A stretch of 63,395 nt of DNA, the filler included, from Dimorphilus gyrociliatus (lineage: Eukaryota > Animalia > Annelida): NCBI GenBank assembly GCA_904063045.1. It is 4 parts of 4 records of this genome, joined end to end, with 100 filler letters (N's around TTAATTAATTAA, not from the genome) between each part and the next. Parts side by side here need not be neighbours in the genome. Positions count along the whole stretch, not along the records: positions 1 to 24,564 come from CAJFCJ010000163.1; 3 more parts are not named here. The stretch is one strand, 5' to 3'. Made by a program: the position numbers and the translations under genes. Of this stretch, positions 1 to 12,416 are shown in pieces. The notes below the pieces were generated by a model. The model did not search any database. It was not told the origin of the DNA and saw only the letters and a list, made by a program, of their open reading frames with translations. The stretch's first letter is position 1; each line of letters opens with the position of its first letter.

Positions 1-104
1 TCTTACAACTTGTTAATTTTTGATTAAAATCAGCATTTTGAAGAATTTTAATACATAAAAAAGGTCAAATCAGTAATGTTAAATTTTCCAAATAGTTTCT
101 TTTT

Positions 105-1716
105 TTATTGAATATACTCGCTTCCCAAAAGCTCTTTAAACTTTTCCCTTATTTCACGACATTCCTCTTTATCAACTCCTTTATAATAGACTCTTAGTCT
201 AATTTCTTGAAAATTCTCAGGTAAAAATTTACTAACTCTTTCTTTTTTAAGTTTAAAAGGTTTGTCTGGTTCAGATTTTTTATAGAAAAGGAATTTTTCA
301 ACTGGATTCATATTTTTCATATCTGGAGCAAAATTGAATATGGTTTTGTATTTTGTAAGTAATTCTTTTTTATCTTCTAAATGAAAAGTTAAGATTTCAT
401 CTACTTCTTTCATTTTATCATCATCGCTTACTTCAACAATACACCTGTAAAGTTTCCTTTGATGGATTCTCCTTAAAAGTTGTTGGGCATCTTTCAAATT
501 GTCGTCAGTAGAATAAAGTATTCTTGAAAATATCTCATCAGTAAATTGATTAAAAGCGTCAACATTTTGGCATATTTCACCAAGTTTTACTTCTTCAATT
601 TCTCCTTCTTCATTCTTTATTTTCAATTGAAAATTATCCGTTGCCATGATTAAAGCGTCATACATCCTAAAGAAGAGGGATTGGGGTATTATTCATTGAA
701 AATTGTATTCATTACACTCACATTAACGCTATAGCTTTGCAAGTTTTATGCTGATAAGCTCTCTCATGTAGCTGTAATCTTGTATGGAATAATTCATAAA
801 TGCACTTTGCCTCCTTAATAAAGAAAAACTGGTAAAACTAAGAATATTTTACTTAAGAATAAAATATTATACTTTTTCTCTTAAAGATATTTTAAAATTT
901 TTATCATCTTTATCTTCGGAAACTTTTGCGAATTGAATAAAACGAGAATGATCAAATGATGATCTAATTCCAAGATGATAAGAATCCCTTGCAATGTAAT
1001 CAAACCTATCAACATCTACTCCACTTTCCTTATTCCATATAATTTCATAGAGGAATCTGTAATGACAATTTTGTGTTCAAATTTTCAAATTCTTGACATA
1101 CTAATTAACTTTACTTTCTATTTCTAAATTTCACATCAGTAAATTCTCCAGTTTTTTTACCTAAAATCAAATCTCTAAGAAATTCTCTATCCTTCTCTTG
1201 AAATTGTTCTTTTTCGAATTCTTGTTGTAAATTATTTTCTTGTATGATTTGATCAAATATTTTTACTGCTAATTCCTTTTCATCCATATTGAAGTCACGT
1301 CTAAATTTCTCTCGAAAATCAGCAAGTAGAGGTGCATTTGCCAAATTTCTGCAAAGACCTCCCAAAGACACTAGAAGTATATCTTTTTCATCGAACCATT
1401 TAACGTCAGTTGTTTTAAGCGCTCTAAGCAGTTTAGTTGCTAAATAGCATGTTCCTAAACTATGTTCGAAACTGGTATGAGTAGCAGATGGATAAACAAA
1501 ATGACAAGGTCCGAGTTGTTTAATATAACGCAAACGTTGAAATTGAGGCGTGTCAATGACTTTGATAAGTAGAGGATGGAATTCTAAATTTTTGTATATT
1601 ATCTTCGATAGATTTATATATTAAACAATAAAAAAATATACAAACCCATGTGACCATGAACAGCATCATTAAAAACTTTCTTTCCATCTCCAAAATGGAT
1701 TGACAATCGTTTTTTA
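105..1716 (-). CDS. SAMHD1: SAMHD1-like HD-domain protein without SAM domain, predicted catalytically dead; exons about 1646-1716, 1115-1583, 873-1056, 722-813, 105-666
   Basis: Spliced translation KVFNDAVHGHM/EFHPLLIKVIDTPQFQRLRYIKQLG...FEHSLG...FLYEIIWNKESGVDVDRFDYIARDSYHLG...ELFHTRLQLHERAYQHK...RLRVYYK is colinear with SAMHD1. Four in-phase GT-AG introns of 55-62 bp. The start codon is not resolved. Confidence 0.9.
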
Positions 1717-1822
1717 ATTATATATTTTATTTATATATCTCATTGTTTTCAACAAATAATTTGACCTCTTTTTTTATAACACTGCTGATAATAATAATCA
1801 TATTTATCTATCAAAAAAAATA

Positions 1823-1830
1823 TCACGTGA
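1823..1830. promoter_or_regulatory. TCACGTGA E-box palindrome upstream of the SAMHD1-like gene (also at 11008-11015 and 23982-23989)
   Basis: Exact 8-mer in GC-poor intergenic DNA; two of the three copies lie just 5' of a gene. Function is inferred only. Confidence 0.3.
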
Positions 1831-2008
1831 CCTGAATAATTTTCATAAATGTATTTCTTTGTTTTATTAATACAGCAAATGGGAGAATGTTTTCTTTGGC
1901 TAAAAGCATTATTTATAATGAATAGCATTTCTGAGTATATATCATTAATGATAGTTTATATCTTCCTCTCTCTTTCAGTTGAAGAAAATAGAAAATTTAA
2001 ATTTGAAA

Positions 2009-2916
2009 ATGAATAGAACAAACATAACTGGTATAGTTGAATTTGGAGAAATAGAATATATACTACTATTAACATTGTATTTTAGTCTCTTCTCTTTGGG
2101 AATATTACTCAATACTCTTATACTATTGATTATTTTAAAAAATAGACAGATCATTAAATCAATTGTAATATTTATTCCAGCAATAACCATTGCAGATATT
2201 TGTATTTTAATCTGGAATATTGCTGAATCAATTATAAGGGTATCAGTTGATCTGGAAAGTATACAACCAGTTTTATGTATTTTAACATATTTGTTAAAAG
2301 TAATTTTTTATGTTCAATCCCAAATTTATTTATTATTTTGTTTTATTTATAGATTTATTATGATTAAATATCCTTTACATTATGATAGATATTTCACTAA
2401 TTGCAGATCATTTTTTACTATTTTTCTTATTATTCTATTCTCATTTATCTTTTGTCTTTTTCCATGTTATATTCCAATGTTTGGCTATAGAAAATATGCA
2501 ATTTGTCAAGGTTATATGGTTTATAAAAATGAATATTTTTTTATATATCAAACTATTTTCCTTCCAAATATATTTGGAGCTTTAGTTCTACATTCAAAAC
2601 TTTTGAAATTGGCTAAAAACATGCAAATGATATACAAAAACAAACAAATAGGACTAAAAATATCTCCAAATCCTCTAAAGCAACTTTAATACAATTAGTC
2701 CTAATGGCTTCTCTTTGGATGTTATATTCTTTAACATTTGTTATATATTTCTACTATCCAACTGCAACGACAATAAAAATTGTAAACAGTGCAAATATTA
2801 TAATTGTACTTCAATCTGTAATTAACCCTATAATAGCAATAATTGGAAATTCTTCAATTAAACACTCCATCTATAATCTCTTTAAACAAAATAGAGTGAC
2901 ATCCAGAAATATTTAA
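2009..2916 (+). CDS. Rhodopsin-like (class A) GPCR with one frameshift at A-run 2615-2619
   Basis: Seven hydrophobic segments, N-terminal N-x-T sequon, YRFIMIKYPLHY (DRY region) and INPII (NPxxY-like). Adding one A joins the two ORFs as LAKKHANDIQKQ...KATLIQLVLMASLW. Confidence 0.75.
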
Positions 2917-3478
2917 TCAATTTTCTAAGGTAAAGAATCTCAATAGAATGTTTTGGCTTTCAAATTTTTTACCCACATTTTCAGAGTTCAGCTTTCAAAA
3001 AAAGTCTTGTAAAATTCTACTTTAATGTCATTGACCTCAACTAGAGTTTGGATAAATATAGAAGTATTGTAGGATATACTTTGAATATTCAATTATCAAA
3101 AATTCTATGCTGTTCAATGATTAACTTTGTACAATGAAAGCAGAAAATTTACATATCTTTAAATATTTTTGATTAAAGCAAGGAGATTTCAATGGCAAAA
3201 GAAAGTAGGTCATACTCTTGAAATAGTTGAAGTTTGTAGATTCAATTAAATTTAACTGTTTTTGGATAAAATCATCTGGCAGTATATTAAAGAATGCTTT
3301 GAATGTATATTTAATAAGTTTAGAGAATTTATGATTAATTAATATCTGGCAGTTATTGACTAATAAACAAAGAATGTTAAATGGGAGCAGGAGAAACTTT
3401 TCCCACATGATAAACTCAGGAACACTTTTCTTCTTCCAATATCTATGTTAAATTAATATTGATTATTTGGAATTTTAT

Positions 3479-4189
3479 TCAGCAACTGGCTATAAAAAAA
3501 TATGTTGGAACACTCATGACAAACTTTCCGTACGATGATACTTTGAAGCCAACTTCTTCTACAATATTTACAAGTTTGTCTGAATCAATGCAATAATGAG
3601 CAAATGTTTTTTCCCCTACTTGATAATTTTGCTGTTTTACAGCTCCGTAATCGTATAATACGCCACCTGGATTCAATTTATTGTATACATTTTTTAACGA
3701 CTTCATCAAATCTTCCTCTGTTTTACAAGCAGACAGCAACACGAAATTCATGGAGATTACATCATACTTACTATCGTCATTTGGTATTATTTGATGATTG
3801 AGCAAATCCGACTGTGAAATTTTCTTAACACTTTTCAATGCATTTTCATTCATTTCGTTAATATCACGACCTTCTAAAGCTGAAACATACTGAACCAAAG
3901 TTCTTATGTTGTCTAGGTCATCTACAGTTTTCCATTTTTTCAAGCAGTCGATATTAACATCAGAGAAGTCGGATAATGTAATGTCATCGAATTTGATACT
4001 CGCTGAAAAAATTCCAATAGGTGAAGGACCACTCCCAATTTCCAAATATTTACCACTTTTTGTCAAACTCTTTATAAATCTATGAAGTTGAAATAAATTT
4101 GCGAAATTCTCTATATCAGGTTGTCTCCAATTGTTTATAAAATTTTCAGGCCATTCTTCATTGTTATAATCTTCTCTAAATGATGTCAT
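3479..4189 (-). CDS. NNMT/PNMT/TEMT-family SAM-dependent methyltransferase
   Basis: LEIGSGPSPIGIFSAS, ITLSDFSDVN..CLKKW, YDVISMNFVL, LNPGGVL and YQVGEKTF motifs. Confidence 0.85.
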   Translation of the reverse strand: MTSFREDYNNEEWPENFINNWRQPDIENFANLFQLHRFIKSLTKSGKYLEIGSGPSPIGIFSASIKFDDITLSDFSDVNIDCLKKWKTVDDLDNIRTLVQYVSALEGRDINEMNENALKSVKKISQSDLLNHQIIPNDDSKYDVISMNFVLLSACKTEEDLMKSLKNVYNKLNPGGVLYDYGAVKQQNYQVGEKTFAHYCIDSDKLVNIVEEVGFKVSSYGKFVMSVPTYFFIASC

Positions 4190-4869
4190 TTTAGTGATTC
4201 AAAATTTTGTCCTAATTTAAAGATTTAAGGTTGAACTTTTATACAAAAAAGTTTTTTTTTTATAAAAGATTCAGAGCGCCACCTAGTTTTATTCTAGATG
4301 AATGTTATATTATCTTTTTAAAATGTTGCAAAATGACGTATTGACGGAATTACTTTATGTAAAGCACATTTGAATGTCATGAGAAAGATTTACTATGTAA
4401 CTGTGTATAGGCAGGTTGCCAAATTGTTCCTAGTTCAATGTTAATATAGAGTTAGTTACTTGGGGAGAGGAAATTTACCTTACAAAATGAATATGCATTA
4501 TACTTTAAGCCTAGTGCATAATAGAACATCATTCATTAAGAAAAACGATAATTTTAAAGCTTAGACAACTAAAGAAATTAATTAAAAAAAATAAGCCTAT
4601 ATTTTAGAATTACATCCCCCTCTCTCCATGCCTCTCTCTCTCTCTTAGCATATTGTATTTTAAGTGCAGGAGTGATTTATAAAGTTTAGTCATTGGCATG
4701 TGTTGAAAGTTGTCTTTTAAATGGTTTATTGAAAACATAGAAAGGCATGAAAAAAATATTTTAAAATATTTCACAACACCTCCAAAAGAATCACAGAAAT
4801 ATTTTGCATGTTGAATTAGATACTTAAATATAAGATTTCTATGTCAATCTAAGCAGTATGATTCACAGA

Positions 4870-5380
4870 TAACTTTGAAAATTCCATTGCTGTTTTGATA
4901 CTTTTCTTTCATTTCCGGAATCATCGTTTCAAGAATTTTGTAAGTATTAAGTAAAGGTCAAGGACAATTTAATGAATTTATTTAATATACCACTAACTTG
5001 GGATTAATCATTAAGGTAAAACTGTAGATATCTCCAACAAACATCTATTATGCTAATGATCAATTAATAGCATGAATATTCGATAATATTGATTTTTTGT
5101 AACTATAATAAACTTTAGGAAATTCAAATTCTTCACATTGGAAAATTTTCTTGATTTCGTAGAAATATTTATCAACTGTACAGATTTATTACAAAAACAT
5201 TCCAATTCCCCATCCATCTTCGCTACAGAAGTATTTAAATACTTTATCACCAGCACCAACAGGTATAGTAGCAGAGTAACTTTTTCCTATAATTTTCAAT
5301 ATATAGGAATTTTTTCTCAAAAATATAAAAATAAGATCTTTTAGTTATTTTACATACATTTTGGAGTCTAGAATGGACAC
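4870..5380 (-). pseudogene. Decayed 5' fragment of the BC-box LRR family
   Basis: Frameshifted pieces SRLQNVCKI, IPVGAGDKVFKY and ELECFCNKSVQLINISTKSRKFSNVKNLNFLK align by eye with the N-terminus of the 21607 gene (EMEFFKFKRISLSKISLNWKKFKNIINFEFLK). Confidence 0.5.
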
Positions 5381-5553
5381 CGAACGAATATAGTTGGAAT
5401 ACTTTTTGAAAATAACCAATACCATACATGTTTTTAGTACATATATTATATCCGATAGATGGCGTTATTAATACTACTTATTACAAGATTATGTAATAAT
5501 AAATGTATGTGTGTTTGTGCATTGAAATTTCCAAAATATGAAAAAAAAAATTT

Positions 5554-7468
5554 TTATTCCAACTCAGAAACATAGAACAAAGCGAACGAAGTTAATTTAA
5601 TATTATTTTCACTGTAGATAGATTGCAATAATTCAACTGCAACAGATTGTCCTTGTTGCAGTTGTATTAAACCGCCTCTACTGACTGTATCGTATGACGT
5701 ATGAATTGTTACTTGACGCCATAATATTAATCTTATATTAAAATTAACAGTTATATAGACAATTCCAAAACGTTGTGGATATAATCCAATAGAGACGTCG
5801 GCATAGTAGAGTCCAGTTTTTGGTACTTTGTACGAACGATCATTCGCACTCCATGATGAAGTTGTGTCAATTGATATATCTTCAAATAATATTCTCCTTC
5901 TAACTACGTTATTAACGCTTTTTTGTTTTATAGGCAAAAAATATAGGCCTATTTTGGGATGTATCCAATTGGAAACCTGTTAAATAAGTTTCCAAATAGT
6001 TTGTTGACCTCGATTCACCTTCCAATAGTTTTAAACCAATATTATCGCCAGCGTTTAATTGGATAATAAATCCTCTGGACGCTTGATCAAAGGCGTTAAG
6101 GGCTCTATGATTTCTTATAATAGATAATTCGGATTTGTTGTTACGATTGTTAATGTCCAGCGTTAACCACGCCTTTTCTTTAGCATTGAAGCCTATACCA
6201 ATTGTTTATATAGTATAGACCGCTGGTCGAAATTCTTAACTGTCTTTTATCGGCTGTTGGCACAACTCCTCTTAACGTTACAACTCTTTCAAACGGTAAT
6301 AAACCAGTAGTCCCGTTTGATGATGTAACTCTACCAACAAAAAAACCATTGTTTGTCTCATAACGAAACGTAGTCCACGACATATGTTGACCGGAAGTTG
6401 AACTTGCTATTGGAGTAAGAAAATCATTGTAAATGTATGGATTAAATAGAGGCGTAAGTGAAAATAATCCAGATCTAGCTGATATATCCGATGTAGCTGA
6501 TATAGAAGTTTGTACAGTTAACCTTGAAAGGGCAATGTCAACACCAAAATCTTTTCATTATTAGATTAGCTGAGTGTGAATTTCTTGTTGAAATTGATAT
6601 TGATGTAAAGAAAAAATCCTTGTTGTTCAACATTCAATGAATTTGTTGTTGTGTTAAAAAAATTTCCTTGTTCTGTTGAAATTACTTGCCATTTTACTCT
6701 TCCCTCTGGAATTCTCGTATTTCTTACTATACTTACCATAGACGATTGAGAATTTGCCACGTTACAAGGAGGATTTAAACATATATCAACGTCAACCGAA
6801 CTTCCGGGACAATCGTCACCTCCGTTCATTGGAGGTGGACTATCGCAATTTCTTGTACGAATTCGAAGACCATCTCCGCAGGATGGTTCGCAAGAACTCC
6901 AATCCGACCATGTTGACCAACCTCCAGATATTGGACATTTAGCTTCGTCAGGCGTAACGCAAATTCTAGTATTGCAATCTCTTACATTCAATGATGGACT
7001 AAAATAATATCCATCCGGACATTGCTGTGGCCATGAAACTCCATTATAACAATGGTAATACTGTCTACAATCATTTTCATTAGGCAATGTAACATTTTGT
7101 CTATTTGCACAAATGGAATTTTTTAAAAAACAAGGTTCCTCCAAAGATTCTTTAGCGTTAATACCTTCCAAACATTCTGAACTGTGAACATCAGGTTTTA
7201 ATATTAATGATGAATTGCCTCCAGGACAATCGGCTTCGGCTGGTTCAACGCACAATGAATATTCGCAATTGGTTAATGAAACAGTGAAAAATAGTCCTGG
7301 TGGACATTGTTGAGGATAGGCAACGCCATTTATACAATGATAATATACACCGCAAAACGAAGGATCAGCAAAAGCTCCATCAATTGGTTTCAAATTGGAA
7401 TTAAGTGGACAATTAAATTGCGATAGACCGGAAGCGGCCAATGAAGATACTAAATGGAATAGTGTCAT
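5554..7468 (-). CDS. Secreted multidomain protein: signal peptide, 2x chitin-binding peritrophin-A (CBM14), TSP1, 3x C1q-like; four +1 homopolymer frameshifts
   Basis: CGVYYHCINGVAYPQQCPPGLFF and CRQYYHCYNGVSWPQQCPDGYYF (CBM14); WSTWSDWSSCEPSCGDGLRIRTRNC (TSP1); three C1q-like blocks with GFF/GLYY and ARSG/ASRG/VSRG motifs. One ORF results from removing single bases at 6611-6616, 6552-6555, 6205-6207 and 5919-5924. Confidence 0.8.
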
Positions 7469-9552
7469 TAATATATTATAATTTATACAAATATAAATTT
7501 CTACACACCAATTATACAGAGATTTCTTAAAATGTTCATTTTAGCTGAAAAGTAATTCAAATATTCCCAATGCTATATATACACTCTTTTAATGGAGGTC
7601 AACGTTCTATATTTCGTAATAATTAATTACACAAAGATGTCAAGCAGAGGTAAATCTAATCACTATTGATATTGGGATAAGATAAAGAAGAAGAGATTCT
7701 AATCTTGATAAAATAGACCCAAAAAAAAGACAATACAGAACTTCAAAGAATCACTTATAGGCCTACATTTCGATAAAATGACTACGTGGAGAGATATTCT
7801 TTGTGTCTATAAGGCATTTGCTTTAATGATGTTTTCATATGGATTTTGTAATAAGTGTTATTTCATAAATAATTCTTCTCAACTCGTAATTATCTACTTT
7901 ACCAGTTTACATTATAAAAACTCAATTATTTAATATGATAATATATTCTTCTATTGTTCATCCTTTTTTTCTCTCATTTTCTCTCACAATGTTTTCTCAT
8001 TATGAATAATGCATTTTTTAATAATTCATATTTCAATTTACCTTTTACTATTCTATAAAAATCAACATCGTTTTTATCAAATAAAGTCATTCCTGGAGAA
8101 TTTTCTGTTGTAAAGAAGCACTTTTTGTCTGAAACTTCATAATTGAAACCCCTTTTTTTTGTTTTTTTTTAAAAAAAATTCTATAATAGAAATATTAAAA
8201 GAAAAAATTTCAAATATTCAAATACTTATGTGCAATTACTCAACACACTACAATATTGTTTACACATGTCTAGATCTCCCTTAAATATTTCTTCATAAGG
8301 AATGAGTAGTTCTTTTCCCTTAATCCTTTCAAATACTTTTACTAAGTTGAGGAAAAAAAAAAGTCATTTTTTTTTAAAAAAAAACAAAAAAACAAAAAAA
8401 GTAACCTTATCTTTATCTTACCTTGTGGAATATTTGCTAGAATATTTTTATTGTTGGTTTTTTTTTAAAAAAAAAAAGAACATTTACTTTAAAATAAATT
8501 AAAAAAAAAAACAAATTATCTTACGACAACTGGTTTTTTTGTCATAATAGTCGGTTTCTTGACTATTCTGAAGTACTTGCTCTTTTGAATATAATTTACA
8601 TTTTAATTCAATTCATTTATAGGAAAATGACCTAGAAAATGAATATTTTCAAAAAAAGAGAAGAATAATTAATCAATCATTTACTTGCAAATAGGATGAA
8701 GATCACAATGTTCTCTACATTCCGTCAAATTAAAAGATTTAAATTTTATCAATCGTTCTCCAGAAGCTTTCTTACTCAAATGAGTAGAATAGGAGCAAGA
8801 AGCTTAAATTAATGATTGATTGTAGAAATGCAAAAAGAAAAAGAGAAAATTAATCCTTTTTACCACATGTAACATTTTCCATTGACAGTGTGAGTAGTGT
8901 CAACACTATTGGAAAGAATATTAAAGATTGAAAATAAATAGGAAAAGTTATCTTTTGAAGATATGCCATCTTTGATATAGAAATGAAAAAGTGAAGGTTT
9001 ATAAGCTGTATAAATATTTAGATTGATTATTATTGAAGTTATTTGTTTTTTGGTCCAATTGTTAAGGGGAAGAAGACAAGTTTTGAATAATTTACTTAGT
9101 AGAATAAAGTTGAAGGAATGTAAATATTATGTCTGACAATAGGAAATTTCTAAACGTTTACAAAATTGGACATTAATTTTAAATGATACTTTTAATCATC
9201 TATCAATTCTTTAGTTATCTTAATTAACAATTCCACGCCTACCAATATAACGACTACAGGCCTATGCAATGGCAGCGAACAGAAATATGTTTCTAGAGTT
9301 GTTGAAGATAATTCTAGTGAATTTGAAATGGACAATATTTTCTATATCCAAAGTAAATATGGGCGTTTTAAAACACAGAAGATAAGATAAATTAAAACTT
9401 CCCTAAACACTTACTTTATTTCATTGTTTTTAGCTCATCTCTTCCTAAATTGTTCTACTTTCCCAAAAATTAAAAAAACCTTCTGCCAAGATATAAAAGG
9501 CCAATGAAAATTGAATAAATTATACACTCCGAATAGAGAGAAAACTGGTACA

Positions 9553-10318
9553 ATGACTCTTCAGCTTTTCTGTTTTAGTAAGAAACTAAAAATTGATTTT
9601 GTTTTATTTTTTTAAAAGGAAAAGTTTAAAGTTTGCTTTTGTTTTAGCGTTAATGCTGTTTTATGTCGAATCGTCACAATCGACAGCAACAGCAACACCA
9701 GCAGCATCAGATGTCCACTTTATTACAACATTCAAAATAGCAAACAATAGTTTGGATAAAACGGTTAAAAATTGCGAAAATATAGTTTGGCGATGTAATG
9801 CGAGATTAAGATTCAATTTGGAGAGAATGATGGAAACTGGTTATAATGCTCATACATTTTGCAGTGTATTAAAGGAACAGGTACAGTGTGGACATAGCGC
9901 TATTTCAGATGGTTGTCCTATTATAAATATGGAACAAGCAGAGTCATTTCAACAGTCGCATTGTTCAACAAGTAAGATTGTTTTCGTGACAAAATTGAAC
10001 AAATGATAAATTTTTTATTGTACAGAATGTCAAAATGAACTGCAAAAGTGTGACGGTATGGCAAACTCGTGCAAATTGTTCTTTTGTAGAGTTAGGGGTG
10101 AAGTAGCCTGCGGTGCCTACAACAATCATATAAGAAATGTCGATGGGCATAATAGACGAATTTGTAAGGCAATTAACAAACACTTGAAAACTGCTATTGA
10201 GTTTATTTTCACAGGTGGTGACCCAGAAAACTCGGCATCATCTTTAAAAACTCATTCCTTTATCTTTTTCAATTTCATATTCATATTTCAATTTTTGATT
10301 AAAAATTTCCTTTTGTAA
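9553..10318 (+). CDS. Cys-rich secreted, probably GPI-anchored surface protein of unknown family; exons about 9553-9577, 9648-9971, 10026-10166, 10214-10318
   Basis: In-phase GT-AG introns, signal peptide MTLQLFCFTLMLFYVES, about 13 Cys, and a C-terminal NSASSL followed by a hydrophobic tail. Confidence 0.65.
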
Positions 10319-10589
10319 TTTTCTTTTCAAAAATCGATAAGAAAAGTAAACACTTGTCAACTATTTGAATATTCATTTATCAATTTCCTTTTAGTCATCT
10401 AGACAATTCGCAAACAGAAAAATTCACTTTCTCCTCTTTAATTCTATACTTGACCTCTATTTTCTTCTTCTTCTCTATGCTACTCAATACAGTCTGCAAG
10501 ATTATTCAGTGCTCAATTATCAACTCGACATGCAATGGTGAAGAGTTCAAAGCCTTATTTCAACAAAGGTTTATTTCTTTTTTCAGATG

Positions 10590-10805
10590 ACATTGTCGGA
10601 TGATGGGAGTGGAACGCTATTGATTTACACACTGTATAAATTTGCCTCTAACATCCAATCATCGCTTTGCGGTTGGTGAATTGTCTGATAGCAGGATGTT
10701 ACAAAGTCTAATTGTCAAGTTCCTTGTGTTTAGGAAGACCAATTTTGGAATTATGATTTGGCCCAAATTTGATCAGCCATTTTAGTAAAACATTTCTTCC
10801 TTATA
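10590..10805 (+). repeat. Diverged copy of the 636-bp leader repeat
   Basis: acatccaatcatc...caggatgttacaaag...ttatgatttggcc matches 12740-12870. Confidence 0.6.
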
Positions 10806-11089
10806 GTCTAATCAAATTGTAAATGCTGAGGATTGAAAAGTATCTGTTTTTACCAATAAAACAACAAAATCATTGCATTCTGCTTAAAATGTTGAATTGC
10901 ATGAAAAATACAGTTGACAAACATGTAATTATATTCAATCATTTATAATTTTCATAATTTTATAGAATTTACAATTAATTCATAAATACAAAATTTTCTA
11001 TTGATTATCACGTGACTAAAGAGCAGTCAAGGTTATATATATATATATATTGTTCTCTCAATCATGGAGTCTATTTTAAGAATTCAATC

Positions 11090-12372
11090 ATGGAAGATGG
11101 CTTTTTGAACATTTCAACGCTTTTAGTTTTTATACTTTTCATTGATTTTCAATGTTATAGTAAGTTTGTTGTATTTTTTTAAAAGAAAAGAATAGGCCTA
11201 ATTAACAATACTATCTTCCTCCTTTTTCAGACACGGTTAAACTTTCGCAGACGGTTTGTGAAAATCGTTCAATAAACATTATTTGTCCTGTTAAGCAGGT
11301 AATCTCCATAAATAACGTAATTTATGGAAGACAAAAAGGAGATTTGAAGACGTGTCATAGGCATTTTTTGAGCAAAAGTCCAATTTATGAAAGAATATTG
11401 GGAAATGTTTGCAGAGCAAAGAATGGAGATGAAATAGTAAGTAACAACTGCAATGGCAAAAGATTTTGTTTAGTTAAAGCTAAGAATAAAGTATTTGGGG
11501 ATCCATGCATTGGAATTCATAAATATTTAACAATAAACTATGAATGTATTCGAGGTAAACAATGCAATTTTTTCCAACTATAAACTCAAACATTTCATTT
11601 TTTAGACGCAAATAGAAAAGTTGCATGCGAACATAAAACATTGAATTTGTTGTGTCCATTTGGAAAAGTCATTAAAATAAAATCTGCTTTCTATGGAAGA
11701 CAAAAGAAAGATTTTACGATTTGCAAATTCAAGAATTTTTCGAAAGTAAAAAAGAGAATTAATGAGAAAAGTTGCAATTCTTCTAAATCATATTTGAAAG
11801 TATCTCAGTTGTGTAACAAGAGACAAAGTTGTAGTGTTAGGGCAAAAAATTCCGTCTTTGGAGATCCTTGTGTTGGAATTTTTAAATATTTACAAGTTGA
11901 GTATGTTTGTGAACTTCCAGTACCAATAACAACAACAACAACAACAACTATGATACCAACTTCTATCCCACAAAATTATCTTCATTGTAAGTTTCAAATT
12001 TAAAATTTCAACTAATGTTCAACATTTTCTGTTTGCTTTTCAAGATAAAATTCCAATTACTGTTTGTCGACACTTTTTGTTCATTTAAATTGTCCGCTCG
12101 GATCAAAAATTGTTATTAATAATGTTTTCCATGGAAATGAAGACAAGAAGAGGAAAAATGAAGAGGAAAATTGCTCTCATCAATTTTTAAAAGAATTTTA
12201 TTCTAAAAACGATATTCATCTATGCGAATCGATAGATGAAACGAAAATGATAGCTGAAAGATGCAATCAGAGACAAACGTGCGCCATACTAGCAGATCGT
12301 TATTCCACTCAATATTCCTGTTGTAATCATTTCAACTACTTTACAATTATCTATTCCTGTTTCAAAATTTAA
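11090..12372 (+). CDS. Rhamnose/galactose-binding SUEL-type lectin with three domains and a Thr-rich linker
   Basis: Signal exon 11090-11159; domains CENRSINIICP...YGR...FGDPCIGIHKYLTINYEC and CEHKTLNLLCP...YGR...FGDPCVGIFKYLQVEYVC; a divergent third domain needs a 1-bp correction at 12047-12050. Confidence 0.85.
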
Positions 12373-12416
12373 CAATAATAACAGAAAGTAGGTCACTAAC
12401 AAAAAAATAACAATAC

